DNA of 64,000 bases from Actinomycetota bacterium (GTDB taxonomy: Bacteria > Actinomycetota > UBA4738). Position 1 is the stretch's first letter. The number at the start of each line of letters is the position of its first letter. Below the pieces are notes generated by a model, which did not search any database, was not told the DNA's origin, and saw nothing but the letters and a program-made list of their open reading frames with translations. This document shows positions 1 through 8,458 of the stretch, in pieces. The position numbers and the translations under genes were made by a program. The DNA lies in the NCBI GenBank assembly GCA_036406615.1, contig DASXAQ010000127.1, positions 8,309 through 72,308 on the forward strand, read 5' to 3'.

Positions 1-1035
1 TCCACCTGCGTTCCCGACTCGACCCGCATCCGCCCCCGGCCCTCCCGCTCGGAAGACGCGAACATACCCCCTCTCCCGTCGCGAAACCAAACCGCCGGGA
101 AGCGACGCGCGCCGGCCCGGGCGCCCCGCTGCGAGCGATCGCACGGCCTCGACGTGGGAGGCGTCCGGCTCGGCGCCGAGCGTGCGCACCGCGATGCGAA
201 CCACGCGCGACGCGATCGCGTCCGGCAGCTCGGTGAGGTCAGCAGCGCGCAGCCGGACCTCGCCGTCGTCCGGCGGGGACGCGACGTCCGCGTACGCGCC
301 CGCCGCGATCGCCTCGAGCCAGTCGGCATCGGAGCGAAGCAGCGCTGCCGTGCGCGCCAGCGGTTCGCGCACACCACGGCCGAGCGCGCGCTCCATGGCC
401 GGGATGACGTTGCGGCGCAGCGCGACGCGAAGGTACGACGGGTCGTCGTTCATCGGGTCCCTTCGCGGCCGCAGCGACAGCGCGCGGCAGAACGCGACGG
501 TCTCCTCGCGCCGGACCTCCAGCAGCGGGCGAACGATCCGGTCCGAGCGGGGACGCATCGCGGCCAGCGCCTCCGTTCCCCCGCCGCGCAGCGCCGCCAT
601 CAGCACGGTCTCGGCCTGGTCGTCGAGCGTGTGGCCGACCGCCGCGACGGCGGCGCCTCGTTCCTCCATCACCTCCTCCAGCGATCGGTACCGCACCGTT
701 CGAGCCCATGCCTCGACCGACTGCCCGCGCGCCGGCTTCGACTCGGCCGTGCGCATCGCGAACGGCACCCCGAGCCCGGCGGCCTGCCGCCGCACGTAGC
801 CCACGTCGCGATCGGATCCCTCGCGCAGCCGGTGGTCGAAGTGGAAACAGACCAGGTCGATCCGCAGGAGCCGGCGCAGCCGCCAGAGCGCATGCAGCAG
901 GCAGATGGAGTCGGGTCCCCCCGAGCAGGCCACGACCACCGTCTGGCCGGGTTCGAACAGCTGGTGCCGGCGGACCGCAGCGGTGACGCGCTGCAGGACC
1001 CTGGCGACCTCCGGCGGACGCCGCGCCGGGGGCAC
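1..1035 (-). CDS. tilS: tRNA(Ile)-lysidine synthetase TilS, C-terminal part runs off window start (partial)
   Basis: Manual minus-strand translation gives ...QTVVVACSGGPDSICLLHALWRLRRLLRIDLVCFHFDHRLREGSDRDVGYVRRQAAGL..., the PP-loop SGGxDS motif of TilS/MesJ. Candidate GTG start at 1035, 4 nt after the upstream gene stop. No in-frame stop before position 1, so it is absent from the ORF track. Confidence 0.75.
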   Translation of the reverse strand, partial: MPPARRPPEVARVLQRVTAAVRRHQLFEPGQTVVVACSGGPDSICLLHALWRLRRLLRIDLVCFHFDHRLREGSDRDVGYVRRQAAGLGVPFAMRTAESKPARGQSVEAWARTVRYRSLEEVMEERGAAVAAVGHTLDDQAETVLMAALRGGGTEALAAMRPRSDRIVRPLLEVRREETVAFCRALSLRPRRDPMNDDPSYLRVALRRNVIPAMERALGRGVREPLARTAALLRSDADWLEAIAAGAYADVASPPDDGEVRLRAADLTELPDAIASRVVRIAVRTLGAEPDASHVEAVRSLAAGRPGRRASLPGGLVSRRERGYVRVFRAGGPGADAGRVGNAGG

Positions 1036-1039
1036 GGCG

Positions 1040-2125
1040 CTAGGCCGCGCCGACCCGGGCGATCCAGTCCTGGGGTCGGGAGATCTCCTCCGGGGTCGGG
1101 ATGGTCTCGGGGCCGAGCCAGACGCGGTTGAAGCGCTCCATGCCGACCTCCTGCACGACCGAAGCCACGAACCACTCACCCGCGTCGTACTGGCGCACCT
1201 TCGCGTCGAACCCGATCGCCCGCTGGACCAGCCGGTCGGGCCCCGAGCTTCGCCGGCGCTCCCGCAGGGTCCGGCGGAAGGTGTCGACGCCGCGGATCGC
1301 GTCGCGGCCGGCCACGTTCATCACGAAGTTGCCGTGGCCCTCCAGCAGGGCCATCAGCGACTGGATCTCGCGGAACATCCGGCGCTGCTCGGCGTCCATC
1401 AGCAGGAACAGCCACCCGAGGCCGCGCCATTCGACCCGTCCGGCGCGCACCTCCTCCATGGCGCGCCCCAGCCGGCGGACCAGCTCGCGCGCGTCCAGCT
1501 CCAGGGTGGACATGTACGCGTCGATCACCCGCGAGACGTGGGGCCGCAGCCAGGGGACCGATCCGAATTGCAGGCGGTGCGCGACCTCGTGCAGGGCGAT
1601 CCACAGGCGGAAGTCGCGCTCCGGAAATCCGTAGCGCCGTTCGACGCCGGCGATGTTCGGGCCGACGAAGTAGATCATGCCGTCGTCGTCGGGCGGCAGG
1701 AACAGGTCGTACTGGCCGAGGACCCGGCGGCCCAGGTATCCCACCAGCGACCCGATCTCGGCGCCCAGCACCTTGCGGCGAACCGAAGTGACGGCCGAGT
1801 CCGGCTTGGCCGTGACGATCCGGGCCGCGATGGGCTCGAGCAGGGTCTGGAAGCCCCGAAGGTTCGCGCGCAGCCACTCGCTGCGGCTCATCACCCACGG
1901 GCGCGACGGGTACCCGCCGTGGGTCATCCCCGTGTGTTCGAGGGCGAGTCGCTCCGCTTCGGGGACGACGTCGGCGAAGTCCTCCCGCAGGCGTGCGCGC
2001 TGGACGGCGCTGAGCGTCGGGCCCGGCCCGGCCAGCCGCGAGCCGATCTGTCTCGCGGCGCCCCAGTCGGCCAGGCGGTCGGCCGCAAAGGTCATCTCGT
2101 CGCTGTCGCCGATCGCTCGCGCCAT
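1040..2125 (-). CDS. zinc-dependent metalloprotease family protein (HEXXH; DUF2342 / Rv3626c-like)
   Basis: 361-aa ORF with HEXXH motif (ALHEVAHRLQF). It sits immediately upstream of tilS, as Rv3626c-tilS does in mycobacteria. Confidence 0.6.
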   Translation of the reverse strand: MARAIGDSDEMTFAADRLADWGAARQIGSRLAGPGPTLSAVQRARLREDFADVVPEAERLALEHTGMTHGGYPSRPWVMSRSEWLRANLRGFQTLLEPIAARIVTAKPDSAVTSVRRKVLGAEIGSLVGYLGRRVLGQYDLFLPPDDDGMIYFVGPNIAGVERRYGFPERDFRLWIALHEVAHRLQFGSVPWLRPHVSRVIDAYMSTLELDARELVRRLGRAMEEVRAGRVEWRGLGWLFLLMDAEQRRMFREIQSLMALLEGHGNFVMNVAGRDAIRGVDTFRRTLRERRRSSGPDRLVQRAIGFDAKVRQYDAGEWFVASVVQEVGMERFNRVWLGPETIPTPEEISRPQDWIARVGAA

Positions 2126-2178
2126 CGCGCTTTCACCCGCTCCCGCTCGCGCGGCCGCCCTCGGGCCGCGATTCGATC

Positions 2179-2853
2179 CTAGCCTTCAGCCTTGCGGCGG
2201 GCGGCGCGCAGCGCGGCCGCGCGGGCGCGACCCTCGGCGACCCGTCGGTCCGTCCCCTTGTCCAGCTCCTCCTGCAGCACGCGGTCGTGCGTCTCCTGGT
2301 CGGGTTCGACCTCGGGAGGCTTCGGGGACGGGGGCGCGGGTGCCGCGGCGGGCGCTGCCGCGGAGGCTGCTGCCGCGGGGGCTGCTGCCGCCGGGCCCGG
2401 TGCCGCCGCCGGCGGCGCGGCCGCCGCCTGGGCAGGTGCGCCGGCCGGCGCGCCGGCCATGGCCGGCACGGGCGCCGCTGCTGGCTGCGGGGCAGGGCGC
2501 GGCGGCGTCCGTCCGGGCTGTGCCTCGGACTCGTCGCCCGAGAAGGACGGCGCGAAGCGCAGGTACGACACGACGAACAGAGCCGCGATGATGATCCCGG
2601 CGATCACGCTGGCCACCGCCATCTTGTACGTCCATCCGCCGGTATCCCTGGCAGGCGAGGACGACGGCAGCGGGGTGATGTTGACTTCCTGGCCGAATGC
2701 GACCTCGGGCATCAGCACGAACAGCGCCGCGAAGAAGGCGAGCCACGTCAATCGTCGCCGGATGGACCGGGCGGTGGACACGGCGCGAGATTGTAGCAGT
2801 GAGCGGCCCGAATCCTGCACCGACAGGTGCGGCACCAACTGGCTCGTCAACAT
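2179..2853 (-). CDS. hypothetical membrane protein with Pro/Ala-rich C-terminal region
   Basis: 224-aa ORF with two predicted TM helices (LTWLAFFAALFVLMPEVAF; VASVIAGIIIAALFVVSYL) followed by a PA-rich low-complexity tail. The overlapping 372-aa ORF in another frame is Arg-rich and was rejected. Confidence 0.45.
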   Translation of the reverse strand: MLTSQLVPHLSVQDSGRSLLQSRAVSTARSIRRRLTWLAFFAALFVLMPEVAFGQEVNITPLPSSSPARDTGGWTYKMAVASVIAGIIIAALFVVSYLRFAPSFSGDESEAQPGRTPPRPAPQPAAAPVPAMAGAPAGAPAQAAAAPPAAAPGPAAAAPAAAASAAAPAAAPAPPSPKPPEVEPDQETHDRVLQEELDKGTDRRVAEGRARAAALRAARRKAEG

Positions 2854-2896
2854 CCTGTTGCCGGAGGCTGACCCGGCGCCGCGTCATCAGGTGGGC

Positions 2897-2932
2897 CGCG
2901 GCCCGGCTCGAGGCAGCGCTCGAGCCGGGCCG
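2897..2932 (-). terminator. GC-rich hairpin immediately downstream of the repeat-protein gene stop
   Basis: Perfect 15-bp inverted repeat gcggcccggctcgag / ctcgagccgggccgc with a 6-nt loop (gcagcg), starting 12 nt past the stop at 2944. No T-tract, as is common in high-GC actinobacteria. Confidence 0.4.
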
Positions 2933-2943
2933 CGACGGCTCGA

Positions 2944-4074
2944 CTACGGCGCGACGACCCTGCGCCACCCCGTTCCGTCGTTGTGAAAGATGCCGCCCCC
3001 GACCGTCCATACGTCGTCGGGCGCGACGCCGTCGACGTCGTCGAACGAGTTCTTGCCGGGAACCGTCACCTGCTGCGCGCCGGCCGCCGTGAAGCGAACC
3101 GTCAGCGCCTTGTTGGTGATCGCGTTCGGGAAGTACGTGCCCACCATCCAGGAGTCGGCCGCGCCGAACGCGACGACGCCCGTCACGATGTCTCCGGACG
3201 TGGGAGAGGGACTGCGCACCGGCGACCAGGCCGACCCATCCCAGTGGATGACGAGCGTCTTTCCGGGAAACGGCTGTCCGGACTGGACGGTGCCAACCGC
3301 CCACACGTCATCGGCGGCGACCGCCGACACGTCGGCGAGGGCCTGTTCGCTCTGGCCGAGGTTCGGGCTGGGGATCCGCGTCCATCGCGAACCGTCCCAG
3401 TGCATCGTGAGCGTCCCGCCGTCCGAGGAACCGACCGCCCAGACGTCGTCGGCCGAGACCGCGTCGACGGCGTCCAGCTCGGAAAACCCGACGTCGGGCA
3501 ACGACACGATGCTCCAGGCGGACCCGTTCCAGTGCTCCACGAGCGGCCGGTCGCGGGCCGTGCCGCCCGGATCCCAGGCGCCGACGGCCCAGGCGTCGTC
3601 GGCCGAGACGGCCGCCACGCCGGTCAGCACGTCGTTGAACGACCGGTCCGGCGCGTTCGAGAGCGTCCACGCGTTGCCGTCCCAGCGTTCCACGACGATC
3701 TGCTGGTCGCGAAAGCCCTTGATCCCCTTGTTCCCGACCGCGAACCCATGAGTCGGGTCGGACAGCGACACGTCAACCAGGCCACCCGTCAACCCGCCGA
3801 ACGACGGCGTGGGGAACTCCGTGAAGCGATGCCCGTCCCAGTGCAGGGCCATCCCGATGTCCTCGTCCTGGTCGGCGGGATCGGGACGGCTGCCCACCAC
3901 CCACGCGTCGTTGGACGCCAGCACGCCCACCCCCGACGCGGTGCCGGGCAGTTGCCTCAGGGTCGGTGCGGATGCTGCGGACGCGGTCGTTGCCGAAGCG
4001 AAAAGGAGCGCCGCGGCCACGACCATCGCGGAAACGAGGGCGCCGTGGCGGGCGCGAAGAGACGAACGAAGCAT
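2944..4074 (-). CDS. secreted beta-propeller-like repeat protein (BNR/Ycf48-like repeats)
   Basis: 376 aa with an N-terminal signal peptide (MLRSSLRARHGALVSAMVVAAALLFASATTASAAS). About 7-8 tandem ~45-aa repeats show the pattern HWDG(S)xW...(S)ADDVWAVG, and matching repeats are visible at DNA level. Confidence 0.6.
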   Translation of the reverse strand: MLRSSLRARHGALVSAMVVAAALLFASATTASAASAPTLRQLPGTASGVGVLASNDAWVVGSRPDPADQDEDIGMALHWDGHRFTEFPTPSFGGLTGGLVDVSLSDPTHGFAVGNKGIKGFRDQQIVVERWDGNAWTLSNAPDRSFNDVLTGVAAVSADDAWAVGAWDPGGTARDRPLVEHWNGSAWSIVSLPDVGFSELDAVDAVSADDVWAVGSSDGGTLTMHWDGSRWTRIPSPNLGQSEQALADVSAVAADDVWAVGTVQSGQPFPGKTLVIHWDGSAWSPVRSPSPTSGDIVTGVVAFGAADSWMVGTYFPNAITNKALTVRFTAAGAQQVTVPGKNSFDDVDGVAPDDVWTVGGGIFHNDGTGWRRVVAP

Positions 4075-4267
4075 GAGGACGAACCCCTCCCTCCCCCCGT
4101 GGCCGGCTCATCACCCGGGTTGCGTACGCCCAGGTACCCGGGATGTACGGGCGACACACGCCTGGGGTTCGACCGCGTTCGTCGGAGGGCCGGCGACGGC
4201 GCGGCCCGGCTCAGGGCCTTCGTTCGAGCCGGGCGCCCTCCGAAAGGCTTCGTTCAGACGGGCCCGC

Positions 4268-5033
4268 TACTTGCCCCCTCGAAACAGCGTCCACTGCTGC
4301 TGCATCCGCATGAACTGCCCCTTCGTGAACTGGTTCATGCAGGGGTCGTACGTGTGTCCATGAAGTTGTGGATCGGGTCCAGGCCGGGCGACGAGCACGT
4401 GTTGCGCCCCGTCGGGAACTGGAACGCGGGCGACGCCTCGGCCGGCGTGTCGGCGACCAGGTCGCCCTGGACGCTGCAGCCACCTTTGAACGTGTGGAAC
4501 AGGCCCATCCAGTGACCGACCTCGTGGGTCGCCGTGTCACCCTCGTTGTAGTGCTGGGTGGTCCCGCCCGGTACCGAGCTGAACAGGATCACGACACCGT
4601 CGTCGGTCGTGTTCGACTGGTAGTCCGACGGAAACGTCGACCACCCGAGCAGGTCGTTGCCCAAGTTGGCGGTGTAGATGTTCAGGTCGTCGGCCGAGCC
4701 CTTCCGCAGCGCGGCCTTGGCCTGCTGCTCGGCGGCCGAGCCCGGACTCATCGTGAACCAGCTCGCGTTCGTCGTGCGATCGACGCCCGCGAGCACGAAC
4801 GTCCAGCGCCCCAAGGCATATGCGGCGTTCAGGACGTCCATCTGCGCATCGATCTGCGACTGAGGAATGTCGCCGTTCGGGATGCCCGTGCCCTTGTTGA
4901 TGACGTGCACGAAGACGTTGATCGTGGCGCCGCGCGCCGTCGGCCTCGCGTGCACTCCCGCGGCGAATTGCGCGAGCGCATCCCCTTCCGGACGACGTGG
5001 ACGAAGGAGCCTAGCCCGGACAAATCGGCGCAA
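4268..5033 (-). pseudogene. M43 (pappalysin/ulilysin-like) zinc metalloprotease, apparently frameshifted
   Basis: ORF 4335..5033 carries the HEXXHXXGXXH motif ([15 protein letters not shown]) and DPIHNFMD. After NFMD the frame ends as TRTTPA*, whereas the -1 frame continues with the family-typical [27 protein letters not shown]. This is consistent with a 1-nt indel near 4330. No signal peptide is seen in frame at the N-terminus. Confidence 0.45.
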
Positions 5034-5076
5034 GCAAGGACCATGCGCATGGAGCGAAATCGATAACCTTCGGTTG

Positions 5077-5152
5077 TGGAGCCGGAGCGGGGAATCGAAC
5101 CCCGGACCTACGCATTACGAGTGCGTCGCTCTGCCGTCTGAGCTACTCCGGC
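5077..5152 (-). tRNA. tRNA-Thr (anticodon CGU)
   Basis: Hand fold of the minus-strand sequence GCCGGAGTAGCTCAGACGGCAGAGCGACGCACTCGTAATGCGTAGGTCCGGGGTTCGATTCCCCGCTCCGGCTCCA. It has a 7-bp acceptor stem, D-stem GCTC/GAGC, anticodon stem ACGCA/TGCGT with loop CTCGTAA (anticodon CGT), a TpsiC arm and an encoded CCA. Confidence 0.85.
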
Positions 5153-5234
5153 GATGTGCCGGTCAATTGTATCGGCCGCCTGCGGGCCGGCTTCAGGCGA
5201 ACGTGACGCGGCCTTAAAGCCGCGCGACCCGGCG

Positions 5235-6404
5235 TCAGGCGGGGGTCGCCTCCAGCGCGCTGAGCCGAAGGAACAACCGCTCAAGCACCAGACGCGCGTT
5301 CAGGTTCGTCTCGTCGGCCAGGTCGGCCCGAGCCTCCTCCACCGCGCCCATCGCGAGCGCGGCCGCCGACGCCGACGGTCCGTCGCCCACCACCATCGCC
5401 GGCCGGTCCAGGTTCACCAGCAGATCGGGCGAGGCACCCGAGCGGACCAGGACGACATCCCGGTACGCACCGGCCAGCGCCAGCAGCGACCAGTCCAGGA
5501 ACTCCCGCTCGGCGCGTCGGAGTCGGCGTTCGTGGCGCTCCTGGAGCCGGCGAACGACGCCCTTGAAGGCCTCTTCGGGCCGGCCCCGCTCGTCCAGGAA
5601 GGGCTTGAGCTCCTCCTCCAGCTCGCCGCCCAGGCGCTCGCGAAATCCCTTCGCCGCGGCCGCCAGGTCCTCCGCGGCCCCGAGCGCACCGCCGGGACCG
5701 ACGCGAGCGCGTTCCGCGGCGGCCAGGGCCGCATCGCGAAACGCCAGGCCCTGTTCGTCCGCCGCGATCCGCCGCGCCCGCCCGACGTTGCCGCCCGACA
5801 GTCGCGACGCCAGCCGCGCCCGGTCGGTGCCCACGCCCTCGCGCGCGAGCGTGTCCACGACGAACGACTCCGCCAGCGGGGGGAACGAGATCTCCTGGCA
5901 ACGCGAGCGGATGGTCTCCGGCAGGTCGTCGACGCGCGCGGACAACAGGACGAAGACCGTGTCACCGGGCGGCTCCTCCAGCACCTTCAACAGCACGTCC
6001 GCGGCCTCGGTGCGCAGCCGATCGGCCTGCAGGACCACCATGACCTTGCGCCCCGGTTCGGGCGGCGTCAGGTGCGCGATGCGAGCGAACCCGCGGGCCG
6101 TGTTGGGGTCGGACGCGTCCTTGCCGACCAGGATGTCCGGCCCGGTCGGCTCCAGCACCGACAGGTTCGGGTGGCGTTCCCCGAGGGCCAGGCGGCAGTC
6201 GCGGCAGTCCCCGCAGCCGCCCTTCGGGCACAGCAGCGCTGCCGCGTACGCGCGGGCGCCGAGCCGCTTGCCCGACCCCTCGGGCCCCGAGAACAGGTAC
6301 GCGTGATGCGGCTGACGCACGGCGCGCGCGAGGAAGGCGGTCGCGCCCTCCTGCCCGGGCACGTCGCGGAGAACCGGGGGCAGGGTCTCGGCTGCTTCGC
6401 TCAC
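5235..6404 (-). CDS. holB: DNA polymerase III subunit delta-prime
   Basis: Translation VSEAAETLPPVLRDVPGQEGATAFLARAVRQPHHAYLFSGPEGSGKRLGARAYAAALLC... has a Walker-A-like GPEGSGK and the clamp-loader SRC motif (TIRSRCQ). GTG start at 6404 overlaps the tmk stop (GTGA). This frame is the C-terminal part of the artefactual 1307-aa ORF 5235..9158. Confidence 0.85.
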   Translation of the reverse strand: MSEAAETLPPVLRDVPGQEGATAFLARAVRQPHHAYLFSGPEGSGKRLGARAYAAALLCPKGGCGDCRDCRLALGERHPNLSVLEPTGPDILVGKDASDPNTARGFARIAHLTPPEPGRKVMVVLQADRLRTEAADVLLKVLEEPPGDTVFVLLSARVDDLPETIRSRCQEISFPPLAESFVVDTLAREGVGTDRARLASRLSGGNVGRARRIAADEQGLAFRDAALAAAERARVGPGGALGAAEDLAAAAKGFRERLGGELEEELKPFLDERGRPEEAFKGVVRRLQERHERRLRRAEREFLDWSLLALAGAYRDVVLVRSGASPDLLVNLDRPAMVVGDGPSASAAALAMGAVEEARADLADETNLNARLVLERLFLRLSALEATPA

Positions 6405-8431
6405 GTCGGGCCGCCCCGCCCCTGTTCGATGCGCGTGAGCACGCGGTCGAGCGCCTCGCGCACGCGGGCGTGGACGTCTTCCTCGCTTCCCGATCCGTCG
6501 ATCGCGGCGTACCGCTCCGGGTGCTCCTCGGCGATGCGCTGGTACGCGTCGGCGACGCGGCGGTGGAACGCGCCGTCCTCGGATTCGATCCGGTCGGCGA
6601 CGCCCTCTGATCGAAGCAGTCCGTAGTCGGGGTCGAGCTCCAGCAGGACCACCAGGTCGGGGAACAGGCCCTGCGTGGCCCACGCGTTCAGCGTCAACAC
6701 GTCGGTCTCGCCGAGCCCACGGCCGGCGCCCTGGTAGGCGATCGACGAGTCGACGAAGCGGTCGCAGATCACGACCTTGCCTTCCCCCAGGGCCGGGCGG
6801 ATGACGTCGATCACGTGCTGGGCGCGCGACGCGGCGAAGGCCAACGCCTCGGCCCGAGGATCCAGCTTGCCGGTCTTCGGATCCAGCACCAACCGTCGGA
6901 GCTGCTCGCCGAAGTCGGTCCCGCCGGGCTCGCGCGTCACCAGGACCTCGTGGCCGCGGGACTGGATGTAGTCCCGGGCCTTCTCGATCTGCGTCCCCTT
7001 GCCGGCGCCCTCGACGCCCTCGAACACGATGAACAGTCCCGTGCCGTCCGCCCGCCGGATCGACGGGACCAGCGCGAGCGGCCGGGGCCTGGCCACGCGG
7101 AACCGCCGGAGTCCGCGCCGCGTCGTCGCACCGGCGGCCGCCACGACGCCTGCGCCCACGACCAGCGCGATACGGTAGCCGCCGCCGGGAAGCGCGTAGT
7201 GGTAGATGTGGATCGTGTACGTGCCGATCGCGGTGGCCAGCGCCGGGAAGCCGGCCAGGGAGATGAACAGCGCCGCGCGCACCATCGTCGCCAGCACGGC
7301 GAACGTCCGCCCGCGGAACTGATCGTTCACGTTCTCCTGCAGCATGGTGTAGCCGATCACCCACGCGATGCCCGCGCCCACGCCCATGGGGACCGTGAAC
7401 GCGGCGGCCAGCACGATGGTCGGCATGACGGCCAGGACGAACAGGCACCCGGCAGAGGCCTCCAACGACATGCCGAACCAGCGGTCCTTGTCGTCGCGGC
7501 GCGACAGGACGCCGGCCGCGCCCATACCCGCGCCCATCCCGACGCCGAGCGCGGTCATCAGGATGGCGAACCCGGCGTTCGGAGCGCCCAGCGAGTACTG
7601 GGCGAACGGCGCGCCGACCGACATCACCGAACCCGCGCCGGCGAACGCGATCACGACCCCGACGGTCATCGTCCGCACCAGCGGGCGGTCGCGAAGGAAC
7701 CGAACGCCGCTTCGGATGTCGTCCAGCGCCGAGCGCGCCGAAAGCCGGCCCCCGTCGGCCAGCCGCAGCGCCGGGCCCCGCCGCAGATCGAGGCCCCACA
7801 CCATCCAGGCCGAGAACAGGAACGTCAGCGAATCGCCCCACAGCGCCAGCGACCACGGGTGCGCCTGCAGGTAGCTGCCACCGAACCCGACCGCGATGCC
7901 GGCCAGCGCCGTGTACACGACGGCGCCGAGTGGCAGCGTTCCGTAGGTCGTGATGAGCCCGACCGAGTTCGCGTTCGACAGCTGGCGCCGCGGAACCAGG
8001 TTCGGCACGCTGGCGTCCTTGGCCGGCGTCCACAGCAGCGACAGGCACTCGATGAAGAACGAGACCAGGAAGATCAGCCACAGCTTCGGCAGGACCGGCA
8101 TCAGCGCGTAGAGCGAGCCGCGGGCGATGTCGGCGCTGATCATCACCTTGCGTCGGTCCAGCCGGTCCACCAGCACGCCGGCAAGCGGACCGAACAGTAC
8201 CGAAGGCAGCAGCCGGGCCAGCATCACGCCGGCCACTGCCAGGCCGGCCAGCGTCTTGCCGCCGAGGCGCGCGACCATGGTGCTGACGGCGACGAATCCC
8301 ACCCAATCGCCGAGCGAAGAGACCAGCATGGCCCGCCACAGCCGGGAGAACGACGGGTGGATCAGCAGGTCCTTGAGGGTCGCCGGCTTGGTTCCCCGGA
8401 GGGCCGCGATCTCTTCCGCTACCGAGGCCAT
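6401..8431 (-). CDS. tmk: thymidylate kinase fused to an N-terminal 12-TM (MFS-like) membrane domain
   Basis: 676 aa. The C-terminal ~210 aa is a canonical dTMP kinase (LFIVFEGVEGAGKGTQ...REPGGT...DRFVDSSIAYQG). The N-terminal ~450 aa is polytopic membrane protein. A comparable fusion occurs in Streptomyces (recalled, not verified). Confidence 0.85.
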   Translation of the reverse strand: MASVAEEIAALRGTKPATLKDLLIHPSFSRLWRAMLVSSLGDWVGFVAVSTMVARLGGKTLAGLAVAGVMLARLLPSVLFGPLAGVLVDRLDRRKVMISADIARGSLYALMPVLPKLWLIFLVSFFIECLSLLWTPAKDASVPNLVPRRQLSNANSVGLITTYGTLPLGAVVYTALAGIAVGFGGSYLQAHPWSLALWGDSLTFLFSAWMVWGLDLRRGPALRLADGGRLSARSALDDIRSGVRFLRDRPLVRTMTVGVVIAFAGAGSVMSVGAPFAQYSLGAPNAGFAILMTALGVGMGAGMGAAGVLSRRDDKDRWFGMSLEASAGCLFVLAVMPTIVLAAAFTVPMGVGAGIAWVIGYTMLQENVNDQFRGRTFAVLATMVRAALFISLAGFPALATAIGTYTIHIYHYALPGGGYRIALVVGAGVVAAAGATTRRGLRRFRVARPRPLALVPSIRRADGTGLFIVFEGVEGAGKGTQIEKARDYIQSRGHEVLVTREPGGTDFGEQLRRLVLDPKTGKLDPRAEALAFAASRAQHVIDVIRPALGEGKVVICDRFVDSSIAYQGAGRGLGETDVLTLNAWATQGLFPDLVVLLELDPDYGLLRSEGVADRIESEDGAFHRRVADAYQRIAEEHPERYAAIDGSGSEEDVHARVREALDRVLTRIEQGRGGPT

Positions 8432-8458
8432 CCGTCAGAGCGTAGGCGATTCGAGCCG

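Noticed and set aside
2186-3304. 372-aa Arg-rich ORF
   Set aside because: It overlaps two well-supported genes (the 2179..2853 membrane protein and the secreted repeat protein) in another frame and has a non-protein-like composition.
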